Of a DNA stretch of 63,775 nt, positions 18,427 through 27,137 are shown piece by piece; within the stretch, counting starts at the first letter, position 1, and the number at the start of each line of letters is the position of its first letter. The stretch comes from a virus (taxonomy: Duplodnaviria; Caudoviricetes): IMG/VR virus record IMGVR_UViG_3300037515_000973, positions 1 to 63,775 of that record. One strand, 5' to 3'. The position numbers and the translations under genes were made by a program. Below the pieces are notes generated by a model. That model searched no databases. It saw nothing but the letters and a program-made list of their open reading frames with translations, and had not been told where the DNA came from.

Positions 18427-19500
18427 ATGGCTTTACGCAAACGCCTCAATAAAAACGGTACTATCACCTGGGTGGTCCGTCTCAAGCATCACGGCCGGGA
18501 AATCGTCCAAAGCATTGGGCCGTCCAAGCGGGAAGCCCAGCTCGTCGAAGGCAAACTCAAAGCCGAACTGCGCGAAGGCAAATTTTTTGACATTCAGCCT
18601 GGCCAGCGCTGGACCTACACACAACTCCTGGATCGCTATCTCGCATATGGCACCGTGGCCAAGCGGCCCGGCACCTCGGCACTCGACCATGTCGTGGCCA
18701 AACAGCTGCGCCCGGTGTTTGGATCGCTCCGTCTCCCCGAGGTCACCAAGCGCAAAGTGCTCAGCTATCTAGAGGATAAGCTGCACGCCGGTCTCGCGCC
18801 GTCCACGGTGAATTATCACTTGGCGATTTTACGACATTCCTTCAGCATGGCCGTGCAGTGGGAATTGCTGCGCGACAATCCGTTAGCAGGGGTGAAGCTG
18901 CCCGCCAAAATCGAAAACGAGCGCGTCCGCTATCTGCTGCCGGACGAATACACGCGCCTGCTCAGCGTCTGCAATCCGATGTGGCAGCGCCTGATCACGC
19001 TCGCGGTCCATACCGGGCTCCGGAAAGGCCAGCTCTTGCACCTGCGCTGGGACCGGATCGACCTTACGCACAACTTGTTAGTCCTCCCGCCTGACCCCGG
19101 CTCGAAAAAAAAACGCTCTCAGATTGTCGAACTCAATAGTGTCGCCAGGGCCGTCTTGGTTGACATCCAGGCCGAGCAGGCCCGGGCCGGGCTCCAGACG
19201 CTCTGGTGCTTTTTCAATCCACGGACCGGGGAGGCCTATCGCAGAGATGCGGATAGCGCGTGGTATACCGCGCTGCGGAAAGCTGGCTTGACGGACTTTC
19301 ACTTTCACGATTTGCGACACACGATGGCGACGTGGCTCAGGATGAGCGGGGCAGATCTCCTGACAATTAAAGAAGCGCTCGGTCATGCTGATCTGAAAAT
19401 GACCCAGCGCTACGCTCACATAACTCCTCTCTACCGGCGAGCGGCCATGGAAAAACTGGTTGACATGAGCAGGGGCAAAGACCCAGACGCGGCGTTGTAG
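18427..19500 (+). CDS. int: Tyrosine integrase
   Basis: HTGLRKG, FHDLRHT, LGHADLKMTQRYAH catalytic motifs. Confidence 0.95.
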   Translation: MALRKRLNKNGTITWVVRLKHHGREIVQSIGPSKREAQLVEGKLKAELREGKFFDIQPGQRWTYTQLLDRYLAYGTVAKRPGTSALDHVVAKQLRPVFGSLRLPEVTKRKVLSYLEDKLHAGLAPSTVNYHLAILRHSFSMAVQWELLRDNPLAGVKLPAKIENERVRYLLPDEYTRLLSVCNPMWQRLITLAVHTGLRKGQLLHLRWDRIDLTHNLLVLPPDPGSKKKRSQIVELNSVARAVLVDIQAEQARAGLQTLWCFFNPRTGEAYRRDADSAWYTALRKAGLTDFHFHDLRHTMATWLRMSGADLLTIKEALGHADLKMTQRYAHITPLYRRAAMEKLVDMSRGKDPDAAL

Positions 19501-19674
19501 GGGAGCGATCAGTTAATCCCACTTTTCCTTAGTATTATGCTTGAGAAAGGGCAAAAATCAAAAATTAATGCCTGATTTTATTGGATTTTATTGACACTGC
19601 TTCATGAAATTGTCAAATCTATATACTTAAAATACATAGAAATAACAATCGTTTTGCCCGCCATTCCCCACTCC

Positions 19675-19985
19675 CTATGACCACCTTATAACCACCTTTT
19701 CCCCGCACAACCCCCCCATGACCACCCTGAACGAAGCCGACACATACACGCACCCACACGCACCCACACGCACCCACACGCAAGAAAAGAGAGCAAAATC
19801 AGAGGCTTAGAAAGGCGTAGGCGGGCAGAGGCAAGCGGGAAAAAGCACAGATACGCAAGACGCGGGCAGAATCGCACTCTAGAGGTCGCGAGTTCAATTC
19901 TCGCCGGCTCCACTTTAAAATCAACTACTTAGACGATTCGTGGAGGGGCGGTCACGCTCTATGACCACGCCATGACCACCACCAC
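19675..19985 (+). other. attP with core matching the 3' half of tRNA-Ala(CGC) (19868-19912)
   Basis: aga-atCGCac-tct anticodon loop; T-arm gcgag-ttcaatt-ctcgc; acceptor strand cggctcca; arm-type repeats atgaccac at 19677, 19718, 19961, 19973. Confidence 0.85.
19741..19782. repeat. 10-bp tandem repeat (cacccacacg) within the attP arm
   Basis: One degenerate and three perfect copies. Confidence 0.85.
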
Positions 19986-19993
19986 GCGGCGGA

Positions 19994-20344
19994 TCAAGGG
20001 AGATGCACGACCACCACCGCGCGCGCGTAGCCGAGCTCATACGCCGCCACCAAAATGTCTCTGCCCTCGCCCCAGTCTGCGTCTGCCAGATGAGAGAAGG
20101 CGACCATATCCGCGAGCATGCCTCCAAGCCGGAGCATATCTGCTGGCGGGATCGACACCGTGAGCTCCCGCTTGCGCAGCCGCCGCAGGGTGACGGTTGC
20201 TCGATGGGCCTGCCGGTAACGCCGGTCACGGGCATTCCGGCAGGCCCGGCAATACGGCCGCCAGTGTCCCTGGAGCAGGCGGCGGCCGGTATTTTCTGGA
20301 GTTTTTGGTCGGCCACAGCAACGAAAGAGGGACTCTTTTTTCAC
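19994..20344 (-). CDS. Small Cys-rich (zinc-ribbon-like) protein, last gene of the csf operon
   Basis: GTG start; RCCG...YCRAC. Confidence 0.5.
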   Translation of the reverse strand: MKKESLFRCCGRPKTPENTGRRLLQGHWRPYCRACRNARDRRYRQAHRATVTLRRLRKRELTVSIPPADMLRLGGMLADMVAFSHLADADWGEGRDILVAAYELGYARAVVVVHLP

Positions 20345-20351
20345 GGTTTTC

Positions 20352-21029
20352 TCACCCCATGATGACGGGTGGGAGCGCACACGGCACCTGCTGTTTGGGA
20401 TTGTGGTAGGGCGGCCGGATCGCGTAGCGCGGGCCGTGTGCCGCTGGGACCGCCCGCATCAATGCGCCCTGCGGTCCCGTCACACTCCAATCATTTTCAC
20501 ACGGCGTGACCTCCCAGCTGAGCACGGCCCCATAGCCCTGACTCGTTTTTTTGCCCAGGAACGGGACAAAGCGGAGCAGATCGACCAGCGGCTGCTGCAC
20601 GCCCATCACATACCACGTGACGGACAAGGCGGCAAAACCAAACACGGGCATGCGGTACGCTTTATATTTGCCGGACGCGGGATCGACGCGTTTTGTGTGC
20701 GGGTCTAGCAGCCCCGTGGCGATGCTCAGATCCAGCCGCTTACTCCAGGCATCCTGGATCGGCACGGTATGCGCCGGCCACTGCGCCCAGGACGCCGCAT
20801 AGTACCACTCCCGCGTGTGGCTCTGGATCTGCTTGAGGGGCAAGTGCGGCAGGTCGCTAAATCGCCGGCCAGGTGGCGCCACGGAGGCATTCGGCAGCGA
20901 CATCTCCTCGGCGCCCCAGTGCGCCCGCACATGCACGGAGTACAGGATTCCGTCGATCGGGAGATAGCCGTCGCACAGGATGGGGCATTGGAGGTAAGCC
21001 CGGATACGGAGAGGGGAGAAGGTCGGCAT
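20352..21029 (-). CDS. csf3: Type IV Cas5-family subunit, copy 2
   Basis: PLRIRAYL...LPIDGIL; YAAS; GKYKAYRMP; FLGKKTSQGYG Gly-rich loop; MRAVP; RPPY. Confidence 0.85.
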   Translation of the reverse strand: MPTFSPLRIRAYLQCPILCDGYLPIDGILYSVHVRAHWGAEEMSLPNASVAPPGRRFSDLPHLPLKQIQSHTREWYYAASWAQWPAHTVPIQDAWSKRLDLSIATGLLDPHTKRVDPASGKYKAYRMPVFGFAALSVTWYVMGVQQPLVDLLRFVPFLGKKTSQGYGAVLSWEVTPCENDWSVTGPQGALMRAVPAAHGPRYAIRPPYHNPKQQVPCALPPVIMG

Positions 21030-21032
21030 CCA

Positions 21033-21692
21033 TCACCCCTCTGGCACCAGACACCCCCATGTATTCGCGGGGTCCCAGTAGCTCGGGCGGATGCCCATCC
21101 GGATGCCGGTGTTGTCGTCGGTAGGGATATTGCGCATGAGCTGATGGTTTGGTCCCCAGATGCTCCAGTCCTCCTGGACCTGCTCGACGTGCCACCGCAG
21201 GATAGACCCTTCCCCTTGCGCCGTATTCTTGCCAATGAATGGAGACACCGTCAGTAGACGCTGTATTTCTTCTCCATCTCCGACGGCATACCAATAAATA
21301 CTGAGTGCATGACGAGAGAATGTCGGCATCCGGTACGCTTTGTATTTCAGCGCATCCGGGCGGATTTTCTGTTGTCGGTTTTTGGGATCAAGCAGTCCGA
21401 TTGCACGCGGGAGGTTGAATCGTTTATGCCAGTATGTCGTATACGGCACGGTATGCGCCGGCCACTGCGCCCAGGACGCCGCATAGTACCAGAGTGGCCC
21501 AGGATTTAGGACCGCCAAGGGAGGCGGGACAGGATCTAATTGGAGGACGGCGATAGGGGCCGTCACGGCTTCTACGCCGTAGGCGTCCAGTATCGCTGCC
21601 TTTGAGATAATCTGGTCGAAAGGTAAGCTGGGCTCACAGACGATGCCGCACTGGAGAGAGGCGGTGATTTTCAAGGGGACGAACTTAGACAC
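21033..21692 (-). CDS. csf3: Type IV Cas5-family subunit, copy 1
   Basis: PLKITASL...LPFDQII; YYAAS; KYKAYRMP; FIGKNTAQGEG; MRNIP; RPSYW. Confidence 0.8.
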   Translation of the reverse strand: MSKFVPLKITASLQCGIVCEPSLPFDQIISKAAILDAYGVEAVTAPIAVLQLDPVPPPLAVLNPGPLWYYAASWAQWPAHTVPYTTYWHKRFNLPRAIGLLDPKNRQQKIRPDALKYKAYRMPTFSRHALSIYWYAVGDGEEIQRLLTVSPFIGKNTAQGEGSILRWHVEQVQEDWSIWGPNHQLMRNIPTDDNTGIRMGIRPSYWDPANTWGCLVPEG

Positions 21693-22017
21693 CGGTGAAA
21701 TCCCACTCCTCGTCGTGCAGAATCCCTGCGCCGCCCGCCGTCGACACAAATTCAAACCCGTCTGGGCCCACCTCTGTGAACCCGTGGGGCATGCCGGCGG
21801 GTTTAAAAATACACTCACCAGGGAACACGCGGCGTCCCGCCTCTTTCCCCAGCGCCAACGCAGAGCCTGACTTGATATCCATGCCCGAGGCGACGAGATG
21901 GGTATGGAGCGGAATTTCTCCGCCCGGCGCGACCCGGACAAGGAGGGCGTGCTCCCCCTTGAGGGGCGGCAGCGGCTCGACCGTGACACCCACACAGCCA
22001 GGTACATCGTATTGCAT
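21685..22017 (-). CDS. Cupin-domain protein
   Basis: PGGEIPLHTH ... PGECIFKPAGMPHGF cupin motifs. Confidence 0.8.
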   Translation of the reverse strand: MQYDVPGCVGVTVEPLPPLKGEHALLVRVAPGGEIPLHTHLVASGMDIKSGSALALGKEAGRRVFPGECIFKPAGMPHGFTEVGPDGFEFVSTAGGAGILHDEEWDFTGV

Positions 22018-22026
22018 AATAACCTC

Positions 22027-22749
22027 CTAGGTGAACGCCGCGATATGCGGGTAGTGGGTTTGCAAATGCCGGAATGCCTCCGGGGCGATTTGTCGAATCT
22101 GCGCAATCCGGCCGTAGCGCCGGGAGGTCCCAAAGTGGTCCCCAAAGGGCATGACGTTTGTCGTCCGTGAGCGCGCCTTGGTCCCCGCTGCCGGGTGGTC
22201 GTAGCTGGCGAGGTACGGCAAGTCATGGGCGACCGTATACGCCCAGACATGCTGCCAGGTCCAATAGCCCAGGGGAAAGGCCCGGACACTGCCACGGTTC
22301 GGTCCCGATTGATAGCGATGGACCAGGCCATACTTGGCAATCGCGATGCCCCGTGTCCGCCGGTTTTCTTCCGCGCGGATGCCAATCAGGGCAACCGGAT
22401 AGTCCTGCCAGAGCGCGAGGTCTTTGACCACAGTGGGGATCGTTTTTCCTTCCTCGATCATGATCTCATGATAGACCGTCGGGAATTGGGCGCAATAGCC
22501 GTGCTGGACCTCAGTGTAGTTGTCGAGCATGTCTTGGAGCGGGGTACGGAGATGAAAGACAGGAATGTCAGGGGCGATCGTTTGGACCAGGTGGAGCAGG
22601 GCCACACTATCTTTTCCCCAGCTGCACGCGACATGACTCGCGCCCAGGGTCAGCGCCTCACGGATCACTGCCAGTGCTTGCTCCTCTTTCCTCCGCTGTC
22701 CGGTGGTCCGCGCATATGCCGCAAAGGCTTTCCGCTCGAGGGGGCTCAC
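22027..22749 (-). CDS. PAPS-reductase (CysH)-like protein of type IV-B systems
   Basis: ACSWGKDS PP-loop; IGIRAEEN; PLGYWTWQHVWAY...LPY...YD. Confidence 0.85.
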   Translation of the reverse strand: MSPLERKAFAAYARTTGQRRKEEQALAVIREALTLGASHVACSWGKDSVALLHLVQTIAPDIPVFHLRTPLQDMLDNYTEVQHGYCAQFPTVYHEIMIEEGKTIPTVVKDLALWQDYPVALIGIRAEENRRTRGIAIAKYGLVHRYQSGPNRGSVRAFPLGYWTWQHVWAYTVAHDLPYLASYDHPAAGTKARSRTTNVMPFGDHFGTSRRYGRIAQIRQIAPEAFRHLQTHYPHIAAFT

Positions 22750-23795
22750 GCCATGGCCTCCAGGGCGTCCTTGATCTCTGCGGCTTTGTTTTGCAGGTGC
22801 TCTTGATACTGCGTGCCGAGCGCAAACGAGACGGCTTTGCCCTCCGGATGTAACCGCGAATCGATCGACAGCCATTTGTCAAAGGTGATCGCAATCTCGC
22901 CCAGCCCGATGTTCGACTTGCCGCCGACATACGGCATGCGGGAGAACTGGACCAGCGCCGTGAGGAACGCCTCAAACTCCAAGTTGGTCACGTCGTCGAG
23001 CACGATTTTCCAGTAGAAGGGCGTGCCCGCCCCCAGGGTCTCGACAAAATACCGCATCTGCTGCGGGGCCCGGTCTCCTCCCGGGGGCGTATCGTCGGGG
23101 ATCTCTTCCTGCAGCAAACGGTCTTGCTGGGGGCGCTCCAGTAGAAATTGCTGCCTGCTGGCCCGTGCGATCAGCGGCCGGTAGTGTTCGTTTTTGGCGT
23201 CGTCTGTGCGCGTATACATCTCCTCTTGCAAATACTCCCAGATCGACGGTGCCTGTGCGATCTGGTGTGCCTCCGGGATCACATGCAGGGTCTCGGCACA
23301 GATCGGGATGAGTTTGCCCATCTTGAGCTTGCCGGGCAAAATCATGGAGCCAAGTGCGCCGCCGAAGATCCCGACAAGGGGAATGAGTGCACGTAGGCGC
23401 CGGGCATAGTCGATATCGATTGCTTTGCTTTTCGGGGGCGGGAGTGCAGGTTTGTCCTGCATCTTGAGTTTCCCCTTCCCCTCCTCGCGGGTTTTCTTGC
23501 TTTCCAACGCCCCCCCAGAGAACAGAAAATAAAAGGCCGAGAGTGGCAGACCCTGGACAGTGCCGGTTTCCTCGACGACGCCATAGCCGAGCTGGCGACA
23601 CAGGTGGAGCATCGCCCGGTCGCGCAACACGCCCCGCATGGCGTTGCCACTGATCACCGGGATCTCTTCGACGGAAAAGTCCGGCTGGACGAATTTCTCA
23701 CGTCTCAGCTTGCTGTTGATCCCAAAACTTTGCCCCCCATTATGCGAGATCGAGCTCAGGCTCGTCACCCGGCCCTCGAGCAAGTACATCTGCAT
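22746..23795 (-). CDS. csf2: Type IV Cas7-family backbone subunit
   Basis: SSISH...IPVISGNAMRGVLRD; FLFSGG; PLVGIFGG; YTRTDD; QQMRYFVETL; VGGKSNIGLG. Confidence 0.9.
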   Translation of the reverse strand: MQMYLLEGRVTSLSSISHNGGQSFGINSKLRREKFVQPDFSVEEIPVISGNAMRGVLRDRAMLHLCRQLGYGVVEETGTVQGLPLSAFYFLFSGGALESKKTREEGKGKLKMQDKPALPPPKSKAIDIDYARRLRALIPLVGIFGGALGSMILPGKLKMGKLIPICAETLHVIPEAHQIAQAPSIWEYLQEEMYTRTDDAKNEHYRPLIARASRQQFLLERPQQDRLLQEEIPDDTPPGGDRAPQQMRYFVETLGAGTPFYWKIVLDDVTNLEFEAFLTALVQFSRMPYVGGKSNIGLGEIAITFDKWLSIDSRLHPEGKAVSFALGTQYQEHLQNKAAEIKDALEAMA

Positions 23796-24156
23796 CGGCT
23801 TTCCCCTTTTTCCCTTTCTGTTGCTGGGCCTCGTAGCGGTCGTGCCGCTCCTCGTTCGCCACGCGGACGAGCAGGACGAGGAGCGCCGTTTCTTCACGGA
23901 GCGATTTGAGCAGCGTCTTATCCTCGCCACAATTGATGACGGCTGCCACGCGCGCCACATATTCTGTACGGAGTGTGATATTGAGCCGCTGCGTGATTTT
24001 TTCGAGGAACTTGCTCAACTGCGCGGTATACGCGGCCGAGCGAAGATTGTCCTCGAATTGATTCCAGACTGAATACGAGTATTGTCTTTTATAATCAGTC
24101 GAAACCCCATCCCATAGAGGAATAAGAAGGTCTTGAACTAAAATTTCGTCATTCAT
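23740..24156 (-). CDS. Small alpha-helical subunit (Cas11-like)
   Basis: Helical 138 aa protein between csf1 and csf2, the usual type IV-B position. Confidence 0.65.
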   Translation of the reverse strand: MNDEILVQDLLIPLWDGVSTDYKRQYSYSVWNQFEDNLRSAAYTAQLSKFLEKITQRLNITLRTEYVARVAAVINCGEDKTLLKSLREETALLVLLVRVANEERHDRYEAQQQKGKKGKADADVLARGPGDEPELDLA

Positions 24157-24161
24157 GTTAC

Positions 24162-24827
24162 TTACCCCATTTTCTCCTTTTCAGGAGCCTCGTTTTTTTG
24201 GAGCAGAAAAAGGGCAAGCCTGAACGGGAGACTGCCCCGCCACCGTCTGAGGCTGGGTTCAGATGCCTGAAAGAGCGCGACGCCGACCTTGCGCAGCGCA
24301 AACTGGGAATACCGGCCGCTCTCGATCTCCGCTTTGCTCGCGCCCGCCTCGTAGAGCGGGGACGCCAGGCGGAGCATCTCCGTCAGCTGATCTGGACACG
24401 GCAGGAGCGTCTGCTCTTCGAATTGCCACCACCCAGGCCGGACCTGGAAGAGGAGATGCTTTTGCCCACTCTCGGCAATGCAGGCAAAGGCGGGCGTGCG
24501 CAGCAACAGCGCGAGCATGCCGCGTTTGTTACCTTTGCTGAGCGGATGCCAGACGCCATCGCACACAAAGTGCGAATAGTTGCGCATCTTCTGGGGGATG
24601 TCTTTGCCGACGCGCGCTTGCAGCAGCGTGCTCGCCTCGGCGCAGGCAAACTGACAGGCGTGACAGACAATCTCCCCCGGCCACAGTTTGTCGTGATCGG
24701 TAAAGGTTGGCTTGAGCCAGTCCTGTGCCGGAAGGCCACGGCCGGATTGGCTGCAAAGACGACACGCGCCCGGGAGAGAGCCTGCCTGGGGTGGTGAGCC
24801 GGCAGCGTGATAGAGGAGCGCCGTCAC
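24162..24827 (-). CDS. csf1: Type IV large subunit (Cas8-like)
   Basis: CRLC...PTFTDHD...VCHAC zinc finger; SGQKHLLF. Confidence 0.8.
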   Translation of the reverse strand: MTALLYHAAGSPPQAGSLPGACRLCSQSGRGLPAQDWLKPTFTDHDKLWPGEIVCHACQFACAEASTLLQARVGKDIPQKMRNYSHFVCDGVWHPLSKGNKRGMLALLLRTPAFACIAESGQKHLLFQVRPGWWQFEEQTLLPCPDQLTEMLRLASPLYEAGASKAEIESGRYSQFALRKVGVALFQASEPSLRRWRGSLPFRLALFLLQKNEAPEKEKMG

Positions 24828-25054
24828 GACGCCTGGCCCTTCTGCTGGGCGTCCCAGGCGTCCAACGCCGCCCGGACGATCGCACTCGCATTGGGCTCAC
24901 GGGCTAGTCTCTCGATCTGGTCCAGGCGGAGCCGGAAGTTTCTCGGCATCAGTCGCTCGCTCGGGTCTTTCCACTGTCCCCCCGGTCGGCGTTTGTGGGG
25001 CCTCTGACCCTGATGGCCAGAGGCCCATGGGGAGGTCGCGTCCTGTTTTGGCAT
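24824..25054 (-). CDS. Ribbon-helix-helix-like regulator leading the csf operon
   Basis: NFRL..DQIERL...NASAIVRAALD. Confidence 0.55.
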   Translation of the reverse strand: MPKQDATSPWASGHQGQRPHKRRPGGQWKDPSERLMPRNFRLRLDQIERLAREPNASAIVRAALDAWDAQQKGQAS

Positions 25055-25100
25055 GCCGTAAGAGTATCAAAAATATCTTTGATTGTCTATACAATGGCGC

Positions 25101-25129
25101 TTGACAAGCCCATCCATTGTGTATACATT
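25101..25129 (+). promoter_or_regulatory. Sigma70-type promoter for the HNH/early genes
   Basis: TTGACA-N17-TACATT. Confidence 0.6.
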
Positions 25130-25136
25130 AGGTCAT

Positions 25137-25559
25137 ATGGAGACAACACACACACAGACAAACACCGATTTACGGAGCCGTGGCAAGTGGGCAGGCATGA
25201 ACTGGATCAGAAAAGAAAAGCGCCTGTCGATCTATTTGAGGGACGGCTTGGCCTGCGTCTGGTGCGGTCAGGCCGTGGAAGACGGGATCAAGCTCACCCT
25301 CGATCATCTGATCCCGCATAGCCAGGGCGGATCTAACCAGGCCGACAACCTCGTGACAAGTTGCCACATGTGCAATTCGTCACGAGGAGCGCGCGCCTGG
25401 AAAATCTTTGCAGATGTGGTCGCCACCTACCGCAATCACGGGCTCACTACTAAGCAACTCACGCGCTATATCACGGCTACGGTCAAGCGCCCACTCGACA
25501 TCCCGGCTGCCAAGGCCCTGATCGCTGCCCGTGGTTTTGTCCCGGCCTGCACAAAATAA
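25137..25559 (+). CDS. HNH endonuclease
   Basis: RDGLACVWCG...LTLDHLIPHSQGGSNQADNLVTSCHMCNSSRG. Confidence 0.9.
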   Translation: METTHTQTNTDLRSRGKWAGMNWIRKEKRLSIYLRDGLACVWCGQAVEDGIKLTLDHLIPHSQGGSNQADNLVTSCHMCNSSRGARAWKIFADVVATYRNHGLTTKQLTRYITATVKRPLDIPAAKALIAARGFVPACTK

Positions 25560-25952
25560 GATATCTTTTGATTGTACCCACAATAGCTCATCTTGTCAAG
25601 ATCTATTGTGGGTACACTAACTAGATCACAAAACAAGGAGACACGCATGAGAAAAAATACAGGATTAAAATTGGCGCACGAAAAAGGAATGCATCGTCTA
25701 CTCAAGGCGCTCGGATTTACGGCGGATTCCATCCGACGGAATACCTTTCTGTACGAGACAAAAGAAGGGGATATCGGATTTTACTTTCAGAGCGAAGGCG
25801 TGACTTTTCCTGAGGCTCCGCCTCTGAGAGGCAGCGCCTCTGAAGATTTTGCCAACGACATGGGGAGCATCTTGGCTCCAGAGTGGGGGAACAGCCACTT
25901 TGATAGCTTGCGATACAAGATGGAATGCTAGTTCACAACATAGGAGAACATC

Positions 25953-26153
25953 ATGAAAATGAAGCGCATTGGAACATATCAGGAGACCACCGCCCGAGGC
26001 GATCACGATAGCGGGCTCAAGTTGGAAGCCGTGGACGCCGTCTCCAGCTGGAGATTTCTGGAAGTGTCCTTTGCCTTCCTGACGGACGAGCAGGGCAAAG
26101 GACTGAACAGAGGCGACGCCGTAGAACTCGATTTTATCACTGAGGTCGAGTGA
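25953..26153 (+). CDS. Small hypothetical protein, paralogue of 30107-30322
   Basis: MKMKRIGTYQE..RGDHDSGLKLEAVD versus MKLKRVGKYEE..RGNHDWGLSLEAVD. Confidence 0.7.
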   Translation: MKMKRIGTYQETTARGDHDSGLKLEAVDAVSSWRFLEVSFAFLTDEQGKGLNRGDAVELDFITEVE

Positions 26154-27061
26154 GCTTCATTCAAAGCTGGATGCATATGACACAGTTTGATTCTCCACTC
26201 ATCCTGCACCTGACCCGCTCTGAGCGGGTCATGCTCCGGAAAATCGCACGGGAGAGCGACCCCATTGCGGCGACCCGGGCACACGCCTTGCTCCGGATTG
26301 CAAATGGGGAGCGTCGGGCGACCATTGCGCGCGAGAGCGGGGTGAGCCACGTCACCTTATTCACTTGGCTCAGTCAGTTCAGCCAGCGCCGCCAGCGCGG
26401 GGACAGCGTCCGTGCCGCGCTGGCCGCAAACACGGCGCGCGTGGTCGGTGGGCATGGACCCCTCTTGCGCCTCTTGCTCCAGGCAAACCGCGCAGCCAAA
26501 GACTGGACGATTGTGGAGATCCAAGCATTTTACCGGCAGCATGGCATTGAGATTGCGACGGGCACGGCCTGGAACTACAAGCACGCCCTCACCGAGGACG
26601 CGACGTACCCCCCTCGTCCCCCGCCCCGATCGAACCTCGCGGCAGCGGCACGGCAACGCGGACTCTTGCCGAATACCGTCTATGCCCGGATGCGGGCCGG
26701 CTGGGATCACGAGCGGGCACTGTCCACGCCGCTGCTCCCGGGCGGGCGGCCAAAAAAACGACACGACGTACCCCCCACGAGAGAGGAGCAGACCATGAAA
26801 CCGAAAGGCACGATCACCGCCGAATACACCGTACCGGGACAACCGCCCGTCTACTGGCTCTACTCTGGCGAGAAAATGATCGCTGGAGTCTTTCTGATTT
26901 CGGACGATAACCGGGAGCTGTTGAGCAATCCGCAAGCATACAGATATGTCGGCGATCTCTTCTCTACGATCGAAAATGAAACAGAGGAGCCGACGGAGGA
27001 TTTCTACGTGGAAACAGACGACTGGAAGCGCTGGACGAGGTCTGGCTGCCCGACGACGTAG
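26150..27061 (+). CDS. HTH-containing protein (IS630-like N-terminal HTH, no DDE domain seen); possible internal start at 26795
   Basis: RAHALLRIANG...IARESGVSHVTLFTWLSQF; GAGGAG before MKPKG. Confidence 0.5.
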   Translation: MSFIQSWMHMTQFDSPLILHLTRSERVMLRKIARESDPIAATRAHALLRIANGERRATIARESGVSHVTLFTWLSQFSQRRQRGDSVRAALAANTARVVGGHGPLLRLLLQANRAAKDWTIVEIQAFYRQHGIEIATGTAWNYKHALTEDATYPPRPPPRSNLAAAARQRGLLPNTVYARMRAGWDHERALSTPLLPGGRPKKRHDVPPTREEQTMKPKGTITAEYTVPGQPPVYWLYSGEKMIAGVFLISDDNRELLSNPQAYRYVGDLFSTIENETEEPTEDFYVETDDWKRWTRSGCPTT

Positions 27062-27090
27062 AACCCGAGTAACCCCCCCCGCCCCCGCTC

Positions 27091-27117
27091 TGGACGTGGC
27101 GTAGCCAGGTCATGCGG
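27091..27117 (+). repeat. Dispersed ~27-bp hairpin family B (other copies at 2215, 13658, 14850/14899 split, 15635, 28122, 57542)
   Basis: TGGACGTGGC-GNA-GCCAGGTC(A/G)TGCGG. Confidence 0.9.
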
Positions 27118-27137
27118 GGCCACAAGAGGAGAACACC

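Noticed and set aside
19741-19860. Short repeats near the csf operon as a CRISPR mini-array or guide RNA
   Set aside because: They are contiguous 10-bp units without spacers and lie between attP arm sites and core, so they are better explained as recombination accessory sites.
19868-19912. Complete tRNA gene
   Set aside because: Only the part from the anticodon loop to the 3' end is present; there is no D-arm or 5' acceptor strand.
26150-26800. IS630 transposon
   Set aside because: Only an HTH-like region is visible, with no DDE domain or terminal inverted repeats.
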